A program made the position numbers and the translations under genes. This document shows positions 24,207-34,279 of a stretch of 64,000 nt of DNA, piece after piece. Every line of letters starts with the position of its first letter. The first letter of the stretch is position 1. Under the pieces are notes generated by a model. The model ran no database searches, was not told the DNA's origin, and saw only the letters and a list, made by a program, of their open reading frames with translations. The DNA is from an uncultured Rivularia sp. (GTDB lineage: Bacteria > Cyanobacteriota > Cyanobacteriia > Cyanobacteriales > Nostocaceae), in NCBI GenBank assembly GCA_963665115.1, contig OY762007.1, forward strand, positions 4,544,001-4,608,000, written 5' to 3'.

Positions 24207-24674
24207 ATGTGTTTAGAATTTGAGTATTTATCCCTTACTTGTACTGGAAAAAAAATACTAGAAAAAGCAATCAAAGGCGATATGCAAGCACAACGAGATG
24301 TTGGTTGCCTTCACATTTGGGGTGAAGAAGGATTTCCCAAATGTGAAGAGCGAGCAAGGTACTATTATACGTTAGCAGCTGAAAAAGGGCATTGCGAAGC
24401 CATGTGGGATGTGTCCACAATGTACCTAAATGGAGAAGGGGGAGAACCTGACATCTTCCGAGGACTGTTTTATCTTAAAAAGGCTGCATCTCGTAGACGT
24501 TGGGACATAGGTGCTGAAAATGCTGCTTCCTTCTTGGAGTATATTTATACAGAAGGACTCTTTGGTCTTGACAATGACGAAAACCAAGCTTCTTACTGGT
24601 CTAAAGTCTCTAAAGAACTGCATCGAAAATATCGTGGTTGGAAACGAAAATACGATGTGAGGGGAATTAGGTAA
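24207..24674 (+). CDS. Sel1-like (SLR/TPR) repeat protein
   Basis: AQRDVGCLHIWGEEG...YYTLAAEKGHCEAMWDVSTMYLNGEGG...YLKKAA repeats. Confidence 0.8.
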   Translation: MCLEFEYLSLTCTGKKILEKAIKGDMQAQRDVGCLHIWGEEGFPKCEERARYYYTLAAEKGHCEAMWDVSTMYLNGEGGEPDIFRGLFYLKKAASRRRWDIGAENAASFLEYIYTEGLFGLDNDENQASYWSKVSKELHRKYRGWKRKYDVRGIR

Positions 24675-24721
24675 GTCGGCGTTAAAAATTAAGGTATGTC
24701 CGCAGCGAGTGGAACGTAGTT

Positions 24722-24925
24722 CGTAGGTTGGGTTAAGCACGCGAAGAATAATCATATTCAACAATAAATTATGTTAGTGCTCTAACCCAACAAATTCTTT
24801 TTGGGGTATTCTTAAATATCTCAATAGATCGCAATCCTAGTAATGTTGGGTTACGACACGATAATTATAAAGTAGGCGTTACAAACGGAATTTGCCACGC
24901 GAATGTCTAACCCAACCTACAAGCT
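24722..24925. repeat. REP/BIME-like element (GTAGGTTGGGTT...AACCCAACCTAC)
   Basis: Paired GTTGGGTTA/TAACCCAAC palindromes; 24807-24925 recurs at 26764-26882. Confidence 0.75.
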
Positions 24926-24993
24926 TTGATAAATTAAAATTTGACACAACCAAGGCTTTAATTTTTATTTTTAGTTGATAAGTTGGATAAGTA

Positions 24994-25120
24994 AGTAAGT
25001 TGGCGGAAATAAACCAAGCTATGTAACAGAATATAAACTTAACTCAAAAAGCCTATTTAGCTGGAATTCAAGCTTGTTTACAAAACTAAATGTAGTTCTG
25101 CTTTTTTGAGCCGACTTACT
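24994..25120. mobile_element. MITE with AGTAAGTYGGC TIRs flanked by TA
   Basis: TA-AGTAAGTTGGC...GCCGACTTACT-TA; a further left end GGTAAGTCGGC at 24670. Confidence 0.7.
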
Positions 25121-25186
25121 TAGCTGGCAAGAAAAAAGCCTATAGGTTGTGTAATAAAATTTAGACTAAAACAAGCAGCACCATCT

Positions 25187-25519
25187 TTAAATATCTTCTT
25201 CTTTATCAATATCACCTATCAAAGGAGCTTGCGAACTGTGACGTACATGAAGTATAAAAACAGTATTTTCTCGAAGAGTAAATAAAATTCGGTACTTATT
25301 TCTTGATTTCCCGTAAATAAGTTGATGAATTTCTTCAGTAAATGTGTCATTTTCTGGAGCAAAACCACAACGCAAAGGCATTTCTTGTAAAGTAGCAACA
25401 GTATCCATCAAATCCCTAAACCAACTATCTGCATATACTGAGTTTTGCGCTCTCAACCAAGAATAAGCAGTATCAATCTCAACCTTTGCCGTTTAAGTAA
25501 ACCTAACTTGAAATGTCAT
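25187..25519 (-). pseudogene. RelE/ParE-family toxin with in-frame TAA at codon 9
   Basis: ATG at 25519 overlaps the antitoxin end. Reads MTFQVRFT*TAKVEIDTAYSWLR...KYRILFT..VFILHVRHSS; stop at 25493-25495. Confidence 0.75.
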
Positions 25520-25793
25520 ATTTTTGTTGCATTTCTCGCTCAAATTCTGTCATAGAAATTGTTCTACCAGCCTCTACATCTTCTAGCCCTTGTTTAATTC
25601 CAACGATGGCTTCTAATCTTTCCAATGCATCAAGCAATTTTTGGTAAGACTCTGCATCCTGAACCACTAATTCAGCTTTACCATTAACAGTTAACACTAC
25701 AGGTTCTCCTGTGTGCTTCATTTGTTCGATAAATGAGGGCGTATTTCGCTTAAAGCTTGAAAGTGAATGAATATCTCGACTGATATTTAACAT
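25503..25793 (-). CDS. Phd/YefM family antitoxin
   Basis: IHSLSSFKRN...GEPVVLTVNGKAELVVQDAESYQ. Confidence 0.9.
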   Translation of the reverse strand: MLNISRDIHSLSSFKRNTPSFIEQMKHTGEPVVLTVNGKAELVVQDAESYQKLLDALERLEAIVGIKQGLEDVEAGRTISMTEFEREMQQKYDISS

Positions 25794-25805
25794 AGAATTA
25801 ATTAT

Positions 25806-25832
25806 GCATCAAATTTGCACTAAATTTAATGC
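25806..25832. promoter_or_regulatory. Probable TA autoregulatory operator
   Basis: Imperfect palindrome GCATCAAATTT-N5-AAATTTAATGC just upstream of the antitoxin ATG. Confidence 0.55.
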
Positions 25833-25917
25833 TAACAAATTTATTACTATTAAAATATTATCCCAGCCCAGAGACTGGGAACGAGTCAAAAAGACTTAAG
25901 TTGCGATTCGGCTAATA

Positions 25918-26289
25918 TTAAGGAAATTTAACAGAAAAAGACCAGCTATAAGATTTTGTTTTATTGTCTATAGTCCGAAACCGAATTTCAGCACAATTAA
26001 TCCCTAGCTGAAAAGAATTCGGAGTATAAGAAATTTTGTAATAACTTTGAGGCCAGTCACGGGTGCCACCAATCCGAGCTTGTTTGGTGACATCTACTCC
26101 ATTCACAAATAGTTGCACCGAGCCACGTTCAGCTTCTTCTCCCAAATTAAAATTTAATGCAGCACCAACAAACTGTACAGAAGTCTGTGCTGAGCTTTCT
26201 GTAGGAAACACTTCTAACAGTTGAGGAGGTGGAGGCGCAGAAGAACCCATCAACAAAAAACTTAATAAAATTGCAGAAATCTGCTTCAT
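25918..26289 (-). CDS. Hypothetical secreted protein, Ig-like beta domain
   Basis: Signal-peptide-like N-terminus; VQLFVNGVDVT...YSWSFSV pattern. Confidence 0.65.
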   Translation of the reverse strand: MKQISAILLSFLLMGSSAPPPPQLLEVFPTESSAQTSVQFVGAALNFNLGEEAERGSVQLFVNGVDVTKQARIGGTRDWPQSYYKISYTPNSFQLGINCAEIRFRTIDNKTKSYSWSFSVKFP

Positions 26290-26527
26290 TGGAAAGTTAC
26301 CTATAACTAATGCTTAAGATAGGAATAAAACCTAAAAGTAGCTTTGTGAAGCAAGTTCTATCACTTTGGCACTATCAAACTATACAAATGCTTGTTAAAG
26401 AAGGAGTTAACAAATCGATAGTAAGGATATGCAGTTTTTGTTCTGTACATACTCTTTAGACAAAAATAAACTTAAAATTGTTTCCTAATATTTAGGATTA
26501 CATCTGTACTATCGCTACTCTACTAAT

Positions 26528-26730
26528 TAGGACTTACTAAATAAAATTATAAACCTTATTAAATAAGGTTTTCAAGCCTTTTTTTATAACTGCAAGATTA
26601 TAGCACCAACAAGCTCAAAATCCTTGCACTTTCGTAATAAATTATTGGGGAAGTTTGGCAGCTAAGCCGCTAAACCTACTATTTTTAGAGATGTGTAGAC
26701 TTTGCTCTGTAGGATTTTTCCGCAAGCCTA
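26528..26730. mobile_element. Degenerate MITE (TAGGACTTAC...GCAAGCCTA)
   Basis: Imperfect terminal inverted repeats only. Confidence 0.4.
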
Positions 26731-26763
26731 ATTACACACACGAGTTTTTTAGGCTTTCTCGGA

Positions 26764-26882
26764 TATTCTTAAATATCTAAATTAATCGCAATCTTATTAA
26801 TGTTAGGTTACGACACGATAATTATAAAGTAGGCGTTACAAACGAAATTTGCCACGGGAATGTCTAACCCAACCTACAAGCT
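26764..26882 (+). repeat. 119-bp direct repeat of 24807-24925
   Basis: Manual alignment: 8 differences in 119 bp. Confidence 0.9.
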
Positions 26883-27065
26883 AACTGTTTAATTAGTTTT
26901 TGTGGTGGGCATTTATTTGTCCACCGTTAAATTATTTCAAATTTATATAACTACCTATCTTGCTGTAAATAGCATCTTATTTTGCTTTGTTGTGCATGAT
27001 TTACAGATAGGAAGGATAAAATTGCTTTTTTCGCCTTAAAAAAATCGCCATATTTAGATTAAACA

Positions 27066-27416
27066 TTGAATATTAACTTAGACGAAAAACTTAATAAGCT
27101 TGGTATAAGCCCATGTTGAGAAAAATATTTGAGTCCTCTGACAGAAACAGAAATTAAAAATATTGAACTAGAACTGGCAACAGTTCTCCCAAAAGATTAT
27201 CGAAGATTTCTTGCTAGGTATGGAGAATCGGATTTTGAGGAGTGTTCTTGTTACTCTACCGACGGCGGAGGAATTTTTCCTGGTACTTTCTTTGGCAAAA
27301 ATATTGAACAAGCAATTTTAGAATATAGCGAAAGACTTCCTGAGTTGATGATTCCAATTAATGAGGATGTAGCAAACAACTTGATTGGGCAGAGTCTCCT
27401 TAAACAGCATTCCTAG
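27066..27416 (+). pseudogene. SMI1/KNR4 (SUKH) family immunity protein remnant
   Basis: LTETEIKNIELELATVLPKDYRRFL matches the SMI1 N-terminus. In-frame TGA at 27117-27119; C-terminus ends in a REP-like repeat. Confidence 0.7.
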
Positions 27417-27577
27417 CCCGGAGGCTGGGAACGAGTCATTAGATATTATCTCTTAGCCCGTGAAGACGGGCTTTGTTTCTGTAGCCCCAGACTTCTAGTC
27501 TGAGGGCAGATTGAGGACGAACATTTGAGATTTACTTTAATAAGCAATGCCCCATCCCCAATCCCCCATGCCCAAAC

Positions 27578-28648
27578 TTACTTCCTTTCCGGATGTTTGG
27601 TATCTTCAACCGAAGGATGTCCCATTTGGTTAATCGTTGCAATCATTTGATACAATCTTCCCAAATCCTTTTGATTGAAGTGCAACAGCAAGCGTGGAAG
27701 TCCAACAGCTTCGTCAGTTGCTTCTTGTGGTAAAGCCTGACTTTTCTCAATTTTTCCTTTCACCAAAATGCTGCTGAATTCAGTATTTAGCTTATCTACT
27801 TCAGCATCAGATAATTCTGACTTTAAGCGAATCACTAGGCGATCGCTCACATAGCGACTGGAATGATAAACTTTGAAAAATTGAGTTATAGCATCACAAG
27901 CAACCTGTAAGTTGTCTGTAACGGTATACAAACTCGGATCTTCAGGGCTTACTAAACCTTTTGCAACTAACTGTTTATCAATATATTCGCTCCAGGATTT
28001 CCAATAATCGCCACCGGGATGATCGATTAAAATCAACGGCACTGGGCCGAATTTACCAGTTTGACTCAAAGTCATGCACTCGAATGCTTCGTCTTGAGTG
28101 CCAAAACCACCGGGAAATAAAGCTACTGCATCGCTTTCTTTAAGCAAAAAGAGCTTGCGGGTAAAGAAATATTTAAAGTGGATTAGTTTATCATCACCCT
28201 CAATAATTGGGTTCGCCTCTTGTTCAAACGGCAATTCTATATTCAAACCAAAGGAATTTTCTCTTCCAGCACCTTCATGTCCGGCGTGCATTATTCCACC
28301 ACCGCCACCTGTAATTACCATGAATCCTAACTCAGACACGCAGCGCCCAAAATCCCTTGCCATTTTATAGTCTGGTGTTTCTGGAGATAACCGTGCCGAA
28401 CCAAATATGGTAACTTTGCGAACGTGACGGTAAGAATGAAACAACTGGAAACCCCGTTCCATATCTGCCAAAGATGACGATAATATTTTCCAATCTAGCC
28501 GGTCGATTTCTTCTTCTTGGGAAAGCCGTAATACAGTATTTAAAGCCTGCTCGATGTATTTCCGATTTTTTAACTTCGGTAATTTTTCTATTAACTCAAC
28601 GATATCCGTTTGAAGATGCTCTGATATATAAAAATCATTGGAGGTCAT
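27578..28648 (-). CDS. LOG family (lysine-decarboxylase-like) nucleotide phosphoribohydrolase
   Basis: VTIFGSAR, TGGGGGIM, FFTRK and PGGFGTQDE motifs; ATG at 28648 chosen. Confidence 0.9.
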   Translation of the reverse strand: MTSNDFYISEHLQTDIVELIEKLPKLKNRKYIEQALNTVLRLSQEEEIDRLDWKILSSSLADMERGFQLFHSYRHVRKVTIFGSARLSPETPDYKMARDFGRCVSELGFMVITGGGGGIMHAGHEGAGRENSFGLNIELPFEQEANPIIEGDDKLIHFKYFFTRKLFLLKESDAVALFPGGFGTQDEAFECMTLSQTGKFGPVPLILIDHPGGDYWKSWSEYIDKQLVAKGLVSPEDPSLYTVTDNLQVACDAITQFFKVYHSSRYVSDRLVIRLKSELSDAEVDKLNTEFSSILVKGKIEKSQALPQEATDEAVGLPRLLLHFNQKDLGRLYQMIATINQMGHPSVEDTKHPERK

Positions 28649-29225
28649 GACAGTTGATGCCAAAATAACATTACAATTTACGCTCAATTTGGTGTAGAGT
28701 CTGTTTCCCGCCCCGTTACGGGGGTTTATAGTCCACAATCTATTATTTTGAACTCGATCGGTCCTTAAAGGGGATGGTATTTCTACTTATTAATTGATAA
28801 TCGGCAACATTCAAGCTATAAGAATAAGCGCACAATTAAATTAATAGACCTGAATTTGTGTCGAAAAAGGAAAGTTTGATTACTTTTTAACATTAAAAAC
28901 CACCTCTGGTTAATAAAACCAAGGCTCTTGTGACGATTGCCGTCGTCAACTTTTGCCAGTGGAGTAATCGTTTATTAATATAGATTTTTATTTAAAATAT
29001 AAAACTGACGTATATTGGTACGTCTGTATCTATACGAATATTTTATAGCTCCAAAAGTTGCATTTTAAACTTAACTTACTTTGTATCACCCATGCAAGCA
29101 AAACAAAAGTTTGATTGAAAGCTGCCTAAAATTCACTTGATTATTAGTGTTGGATTTAAAGCGATAATCCTCGTCCAAGAAAGGGCGAGGAGCATTTAAC
29201 GAGATCGGAAATAAATTTTGAATAC

Positions 29226-30848
29226 CTAATCAGTTTCAGGAAATACTTGTACTTTACCATTAGGGTTAAGAACTGCACGAACTCTTACATTCTGTCCGTT
29301 GCGACTAGAGTCAACGAAAGGTTGACCAATTTTGGGAATACCGGCTCTATCAACATTATCTCTCGCAGCTTTTCCTAAAGGAAGAAGTTGTTCGAGGGCA
29401 CCATCAACGCCTACTGTCATACTGTATTCCAAAGGCTGTGATAAGCCGCTAGGTGGTTTCCAGCGTTTGCTGAGATAACTTCTGATTTGGGCAACTTGAT
29501 TGGTATCGAATAACGTTTCGCTGTTGGCAGCAGCTGTTGTTGTAGGTGATTTGCTACCGTTATTTGCTGGGGCAGAGCGATTTTCTCTTAATTGTGTTGC
29601 TAAATCGTTATTAGATTTAGGCAAATTTGTCAGCAAATCTTTTTGACTATTTCCACTTTGAGGAATTGCATCTGCTTGTTTTGAGGGAATTATAGGTGTA
29701 GATGGATTAATCAATGAAGGTAAGCTAGTTTTACTTTTAGGAGTTGATGCAGAAAGATTTCCTCCAAGATTGGGTTTCGATTCAAGTCCCCCGTTAGTTT
29801 TCGCGGATGGAGAATTTGGGGAAATAGTAAAATTTGGTTTTCCCAATTGCGGTTTTGTCGCTGTGCTACTACCAAAACTACTGCTACCTAATGGCGGTAA
29901 AGGAATGTTCGACAAACTACTTGACGGATTTGTAGAGGCTGAAGGAAAGGTTGTACCAGGCTTTTGAGTTGCTGCTAAGTTTGGAAGGGGAGATGCCCCC
30001 GGCGCAGGTGAAGAGGCATTAGGAAGATTTAAACCCGTACCTAAAGTTGGTAATGGCGATATATTCGGTAAAGGGGTGAGCGAACTTTGTGGCGTTGGTA
30101 ATGGAGTTAACAAAGATGTAGAAGCAGCGTCATTACCAATTTCTTTGTTCGCTGTTGCCACAGTTTCACCCGTCTTATTTTCTTCTCGAAGACGGTTAGC
30201 ATATTGTAAAGTAAGTGGCATTAAACCCAAGCCTAGTACCAGCACCGCTGCAACAGGTGCCCAAGCAGGTATTGCAAAGCGGCTGCTACGCGGTTGTTGA
30301 ATATCGGTAGGTAAAGCAACTACATCAGCCATATATTCATCTAAAGCTGTTGCTAAATCAAACAATTGCAGCAAACCCAATTGAATTGAAGCCCCGCTGA
30401 CTTGGTTCGCTAAGGAACCAAGAAACAGTTGATGAGTCAAGTTGCTGCTTGGTTGTAAATAAATATTTCCCTTATAAGCAAATTCGTTTCTAGCATTAGA
30501 AATATCTGACTCTAAGTTAGGAACATCTTCTACCGATGTTGGCTTAGATGCTGTACTAGTCGAATGTGCTTCAACTCTCGAAGCCCAGAAATTTTCTGGT
30601 GGCTGTTGCAAGATTTCCTGTACGTAACCTGAGACTGCCGTAGATAAAGCTTCCAACCGATCCCGGTCGCCTTGGACTACAATAAGTTCTTTTTCTGGTT
30701 GTCGCGGATCGTCAAAACGAAGATTAAATCTAACCTGCTTGAGAACGGATTTACCCATCCAACGCGACAAAGGAGAACTTTGCGCCACAACTTCTAACGT
30801 GCAGGTAGGCGGCGTATACCGACGAATCACTGAATTTGATAGAGGCAT
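29226..30848 (-). CDS. DUF4335 domain protein with TM helix and Pro/Ser-rich linker
   Basis: RRYTPPTCTL N-terminus and QLFDLATALDEY; adjacent to DUF3038. Confidence 0.75.
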   Translation of the reverse strand: MPLSNSVIRRYTPPTCTLEVVAQSSPLSRWMGKSVLKQVRFNLRFDDPRQPEKELIVVQGDRDRLEALSTAVSGYVQEILQQPPENFWASRVEAHSTSTASKPTSVEDVPNLESDISNARNEFAYKGNIYLQPSSNLTHQLFLGSLANQVSGASIQLGLLQLFDLATALDEYMADVVALPTDIQQPRSSRFAIPAWAPVAAVLVLGLGLMPLTLQYANRLREENKTGETVATANKEIGNDAASTSLLTPLPTPQSSLTPLPNISPLPTLGTGLNLPNASSPAPGASPLPNLAATQKPGTTFPSASTNPSSSLSNIPLPPLGSSSFGSSTATKPQLGKPNFTISPNSPSAKTNGGLESKPNLGGNLSASTPKSKTSLPSLINPSTPIIPSKQADAIPQSGNSQKDLLTNLPKSNNDLATQLRENRSAPANNGSKSPTTTAAANSETLFDTNQVAQIRSYLSKRWKPPSGLSQPLEYSMTVGVDGALEQLLPLGKAARDNVDRAGIPKIGQPFVDSSRNGQNVRVRAVLNPNGKVQVFPETD

Positions 30849-30872
30849 GGCAGTAAATGCGTCTTGGACATT

Positions 30873-31478
30873 TCAAAATTTTGTTGAACGGTCTATAAGT
30901 GCTAGCCAGAGACGGCGGTGTCCACCGGGACCACTGTAAAAAACTAAATCTATCAGTAGTTTGAGTGCCAAATTGGTGAGTATATTTGTGGATATATTCT
31001 CATCCTCTTCCATCCGTTCTTGATAAGTGTTGCAGAAAGCATCGATGTAATCTCCCAATAAGGCAGAATAATGAGGTTCGCGGTTATTTTGAGCATTTTG
31101 CTCTAACAAGTCAACAGCACGGCGAATTAATTCTTGGTGCTGCTTAGCAAGATAGCAAGTAATCAAAACTAACGATCGCGCTTCCTCTACATCTAATTTT
31201 TTTCTGCCTCCTTGACCCTTACGTATGGGGTTAGATTGGCGCAGTCTCCATAGCGCCACCCGGTCTGGTACCCTTGATTCTAAATTAAGATTAATTGCCG
31301 CTGAGAGCATTGCCTCGGAACCAATGCCAGTCAAAGCTTCTAGCGCCAACAGCACCAAGTCAATTTGGGCCTTTATATCGTCCCATTGAATGGATGTTGG
31401 GGCGGCAATATTAGTTAAATCCTCCCACTGGGAACTAATAGTGGGTGAATCGCCAGCAGAGTGCATAACTTTAAGCAT
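30873..31478 (-). CDS. DUF3038 family protein
   Basis: DLVLLALEAL, RVALWRLRQSNPIR and FYSGPGGHRRLW. Confidence 0.8.
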   Translation of the reverse strand: MLKVMHSAGDSPTISSQWEDLTNIAAPTSIQWDDIKAQIDLVLLALEALTGIGSEAMLSAAINLNLESRVPDRVALWRLRQSNPIRKGQGGRKKLDVEEARSLVLITCYLAKQHQELIRRAVDLLEQNAQNNREPHYSALLGDYIDAFCNTYQERMEEDENISTNILTNLALKLLIDLVFYSGPGGHRRLWLALIDRSTKF

Positions 31479-31801
31479 AGGTGATCGGGCCTTTTGGGAC
31501 TGTTGCTGTTACCCATTTTGAAACCAGACTCTCAACATTTTATATTGGTTTCCGCAAGCTATAGCAAAAAACTCGCAATTCAGCAAGCTTTTTACCTGAT
31601 TTCAGTCAACAGCAATTCGTCTTTAACCTACTTTAGATTCAATTTCCATTTTGTCAAAGGGAAATTTTAGAATTGGTAATTGGTAATTGGTAATTGGTAA
31701 TTGGGCATTGGGCATTGGGCATTGGGAAGAGTTAAGAATTAGGAGTTAGGAGTTATGAATTAAGAATTTACTATTGGTAACTACTCACTACTTACTACTA
31801 A

Positions 31802-34279
31802 TCACTTAATGTAAGCAATAGTAACTCCAGTTCCACCATCATTTTGCGGTGCTGCTTCGTAATTGCTAATTCTGGGATGCTGCTTTAAAAATGCGTGAAC
31901 TCCTAAACGCAGTTTTCCGGTTCCATGTCCGTGAATTATCCATATTGCTCTTTCAGTTTCTGAAATTGCTTTATCCAAAATTAATTCACTATCTGCTACT
32001 CGTCTTCCCCGTAAATCTACGGTGTTTTTGGAAGTCTGAATTAAGGGTGTGTTTTCTACAGGAGGCGGTGGTGGTGCTGACTTCGCTGCTGGTTTTGCTT
32101 TTGACCGTGGCTGCGTTTTCTCTCCACTTAGAGATTCTACGTCCTCCAACTTTACCGTCATTTTCATAATTCCAAAGCGGACGTTAAACTCCTCATCTTC
32201 ATCAGGGGTTGTTAACACTTCTGCGGTTTGCCCCAATCTGGGAATGCGAATCCGTTCGCCAACTTTGGGCATAAAACCCACTTTCTCTTTTGGCGCAGCT
32301 TTTGGTATAAATCTGTCTGCTAATTTATTTATATTGTCGGTCGCTTTTTTCGCATCTTGAGCAGTTGGCTTACCTTGTTGCAAGCGTTTAATTACCGCTG
32401 CTATTTCACCTTTTGCCGAAGCAATTGCTTGCTGTACTGCTATTTCCTGAGAAGCACGTAAAGATTTTTCCCTTTCTTCTAAGTCTGTGGCTTTTGCATA
32501 GACTTCTTTATAAAAACGTTCTGCTTGCTGCAATAAGTCTTGCGCTTGTGCTGCTTTTTCTTCTTGACGACGACGTTGAGCTTCTAATCCGGCTATAACT
32601 TGGTTAACTTCATCCGTCGCACCACCCATTTCATCTTTTGCTTTTTCTACTACTTCTGCTTTTAATCCCAAGCGAGAAGCAATTGCTAAGGCATTAGAAC
32701 GTCCGGGAATTCCCCAAAGTAAACGGTAAGTTGGTGACAAAGTTGCTTCATCAAATTCTACCGAAGCATTTTCAAAGCGTTCGTCTTGATATTTCAGTGC
32801 TTTCAATTCGCCAAAGTGAGTGGTAGCAATTGTCAGCATTGAATTGTCCGCAAGATAACGTAACAAAGCAATCGCTAAAGCACTACCTTCTACAGGATCG
32901 GTACCGGCTCCAACTTCGTCGAGAAGAACTAAGGAAGAGGGATGGGGGGAGGGGGAGAGGGGGAGAGTGGGGGAAGTAATTTCATCTTCTTGCTTATCTC
33001 CTTCTCCCCTTGTCTCCTTGTCCCCTTGTCCTGTTCCTTCTCTCGAAACTGCATCCAAAATCCGACTAATCCGGCGGATATGTCCAGAAAAGGTTGATAA
33101 ACTTTGCTCTAAAGATTGTTCATCACCAATATCTGCTAATATTTGGTCAAACCAAGGCAATTCTACCGGCTCTCGGGCTGGTATGAATAAACCGATCTTT
33201 GCCATTAATGTTGCGAAACCCAAGGTTTTAAGAGTTACTGTTTTACCACCAGTGTTTGGTCCTGTAATAGTAACAACTCGAATATATGGATTTATAACTA
33301 AGTTTACCGGAACTACTGGATGTCCTTCTTCGTGATGCTGCTGCCACACTAACAAGGGATGTCGCAATTCCCGTAAGGTGATATTTTCTTCTACAGGATT
33401 GACAAAACGAGGCGGATTAGCTTTCAGCCAAAAGCTATACCGTGCTTTAGCAGCAGCTAAATCTAATGCAGTTGCTACTGCTAATAATTTTTCTAAATCT
33501 GGTTTTACTTCAGCTACTTGTTCTGATAAATTGCGGCGAACTGCTTCTTCTTCTACTTGTTCTCTTCGCAATAATTGACGCAGTTGATTGCCCATAGGGA
33601 CAACGGAATTGGGTTCCACATATAAGGTGGCTCCGGAGGTCGAAGTGTCATGTACGATACCGGGAATTGCATCTTTTTGGGGTGCTTTCACCGGAATTAC
33701 ATATCTGTCGCCACGTTGAGTTATTAACGTTTCTTGAAGGGCGTTCGCCTTCACCTGGATGATGTTTTGCAGCTTGCGAGTGATTTGACTGCGGTTTTGA
33801 CGCAATGAATTCCTAATATCGCCGAGTTTCTCGCTAGCACGGTCTGTTACTTGTCCCCGCTCGTCAATACAGCGATGGATTTCTTTTTCTAATTCTGGAT
33901 AAGTCCTTATATCGGCAACTAATTCGTTTAATATTTCTAAATCTGGGTGGTTGTCGATTAGACGACGTAAATTTCTAATTCCCGCTAAGGTAGTGGCGAT
34001 CGCCAATAACTCATCTCCCGCCAAAATACCTTTGAGTTCGGCTCTTTCTAAGGAATCGCCGAAATCTTGAATCCCTTCAAAAGAAATCCCATTATCTAAA
34101 CGATTTTCTAATTCGTATACTTGTTTCGTTTGTTCTAATAAATATTCGCTTTCTGCTCTCGATTCAGGTATAGCGATGTTACGTGAGGCGATCGCCCCCA
34201 GCTTAGTTGCCGCGAAAGTGGACAAATGCTGGCATAAGCGAGACCATTCCAATAATTCGAGTGTTTCTGATTGGATCAA
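31802..34279 (-). CDS. mutS2: Endonuclease MutS2
   Basis: GPNTGGKT, QSLSTFSGH, LLDEVGAGTDP, TTHF and C-terminal Smr domain (IIHGHGTG). Confidence 0.96.
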   Translation of the reverse strand: MIQSETLELLEWSRLCQHLSTFAATKLGAIASRNIAIPESRAESEYLLEQTKQVYELENRLDNGISFEGIQDFGDSLERAELKGILAGDELLAIATTLAGIRNLRRLIDNHPDLEILNELVADIRTYPELEKEIHRCIDERGQVTDRASEKLGDIRNSLRQNRSQITRKLQNIIQVKANALQETLITQRGDRYVIPVKAPQKDAIPGIVHDTSTSGATLYVEPNSVVPMGNQLRQLLRREQVEEEAVRRNLSEQVAEVKPDLEKLLAVATALDLAAAKARYSFWLKANPPRFVNPVEENITLRELRHPLLVWQQHHEEGHPVVPVNLVINPYIRVVTITGPNTGGKTVTLKTLGFATLMAKIGLFIPAREPVELPWFDQILADIGDEQSLEQSLSTFSGHIRRISRILDAVSREGTGQGDKETRGEGDKQEDEITSPTLPLSPSPHPSSLVLLDEVGAGTDPVEGSALAIALLRYLADNSMLTIATTHFGELKALKYQDERFENASVEFDEATLSPTYRLLWGIPGRSNALAIASRLGLKAEVVEKAKDEMGGATDEVNQVIAGLEAQRRRQEEKAAQAQDLLQQAERFYKEVYAKATDLEEREKSLRASQEIAVQQAIASAKGEIAAVIKRLQQGKPTAQDAKKATDNINKLADRFIPKAAPKEKVGFMPKVGERIRIPRLGQTAEVLTTPDEDEEFNVRFGIMKMTVKLEDVESLSGEKTQPRSKAKPAAKSAPPPPPVENTPLIQTSKNTVDLRGRRVADSELILDKAISETERAIWIIHGHGTGKLRLGVHAFLKQHPRISNYEAAPQNDGGTGVTIAYIK

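Noticed and set aside
28680..28780. Hairpins and GGAAACA upstream of the LOG gene as a Yfr2-type RNA or riboswitch
   Set aside because: Only one short motif matches and there is no supporting overall structure.
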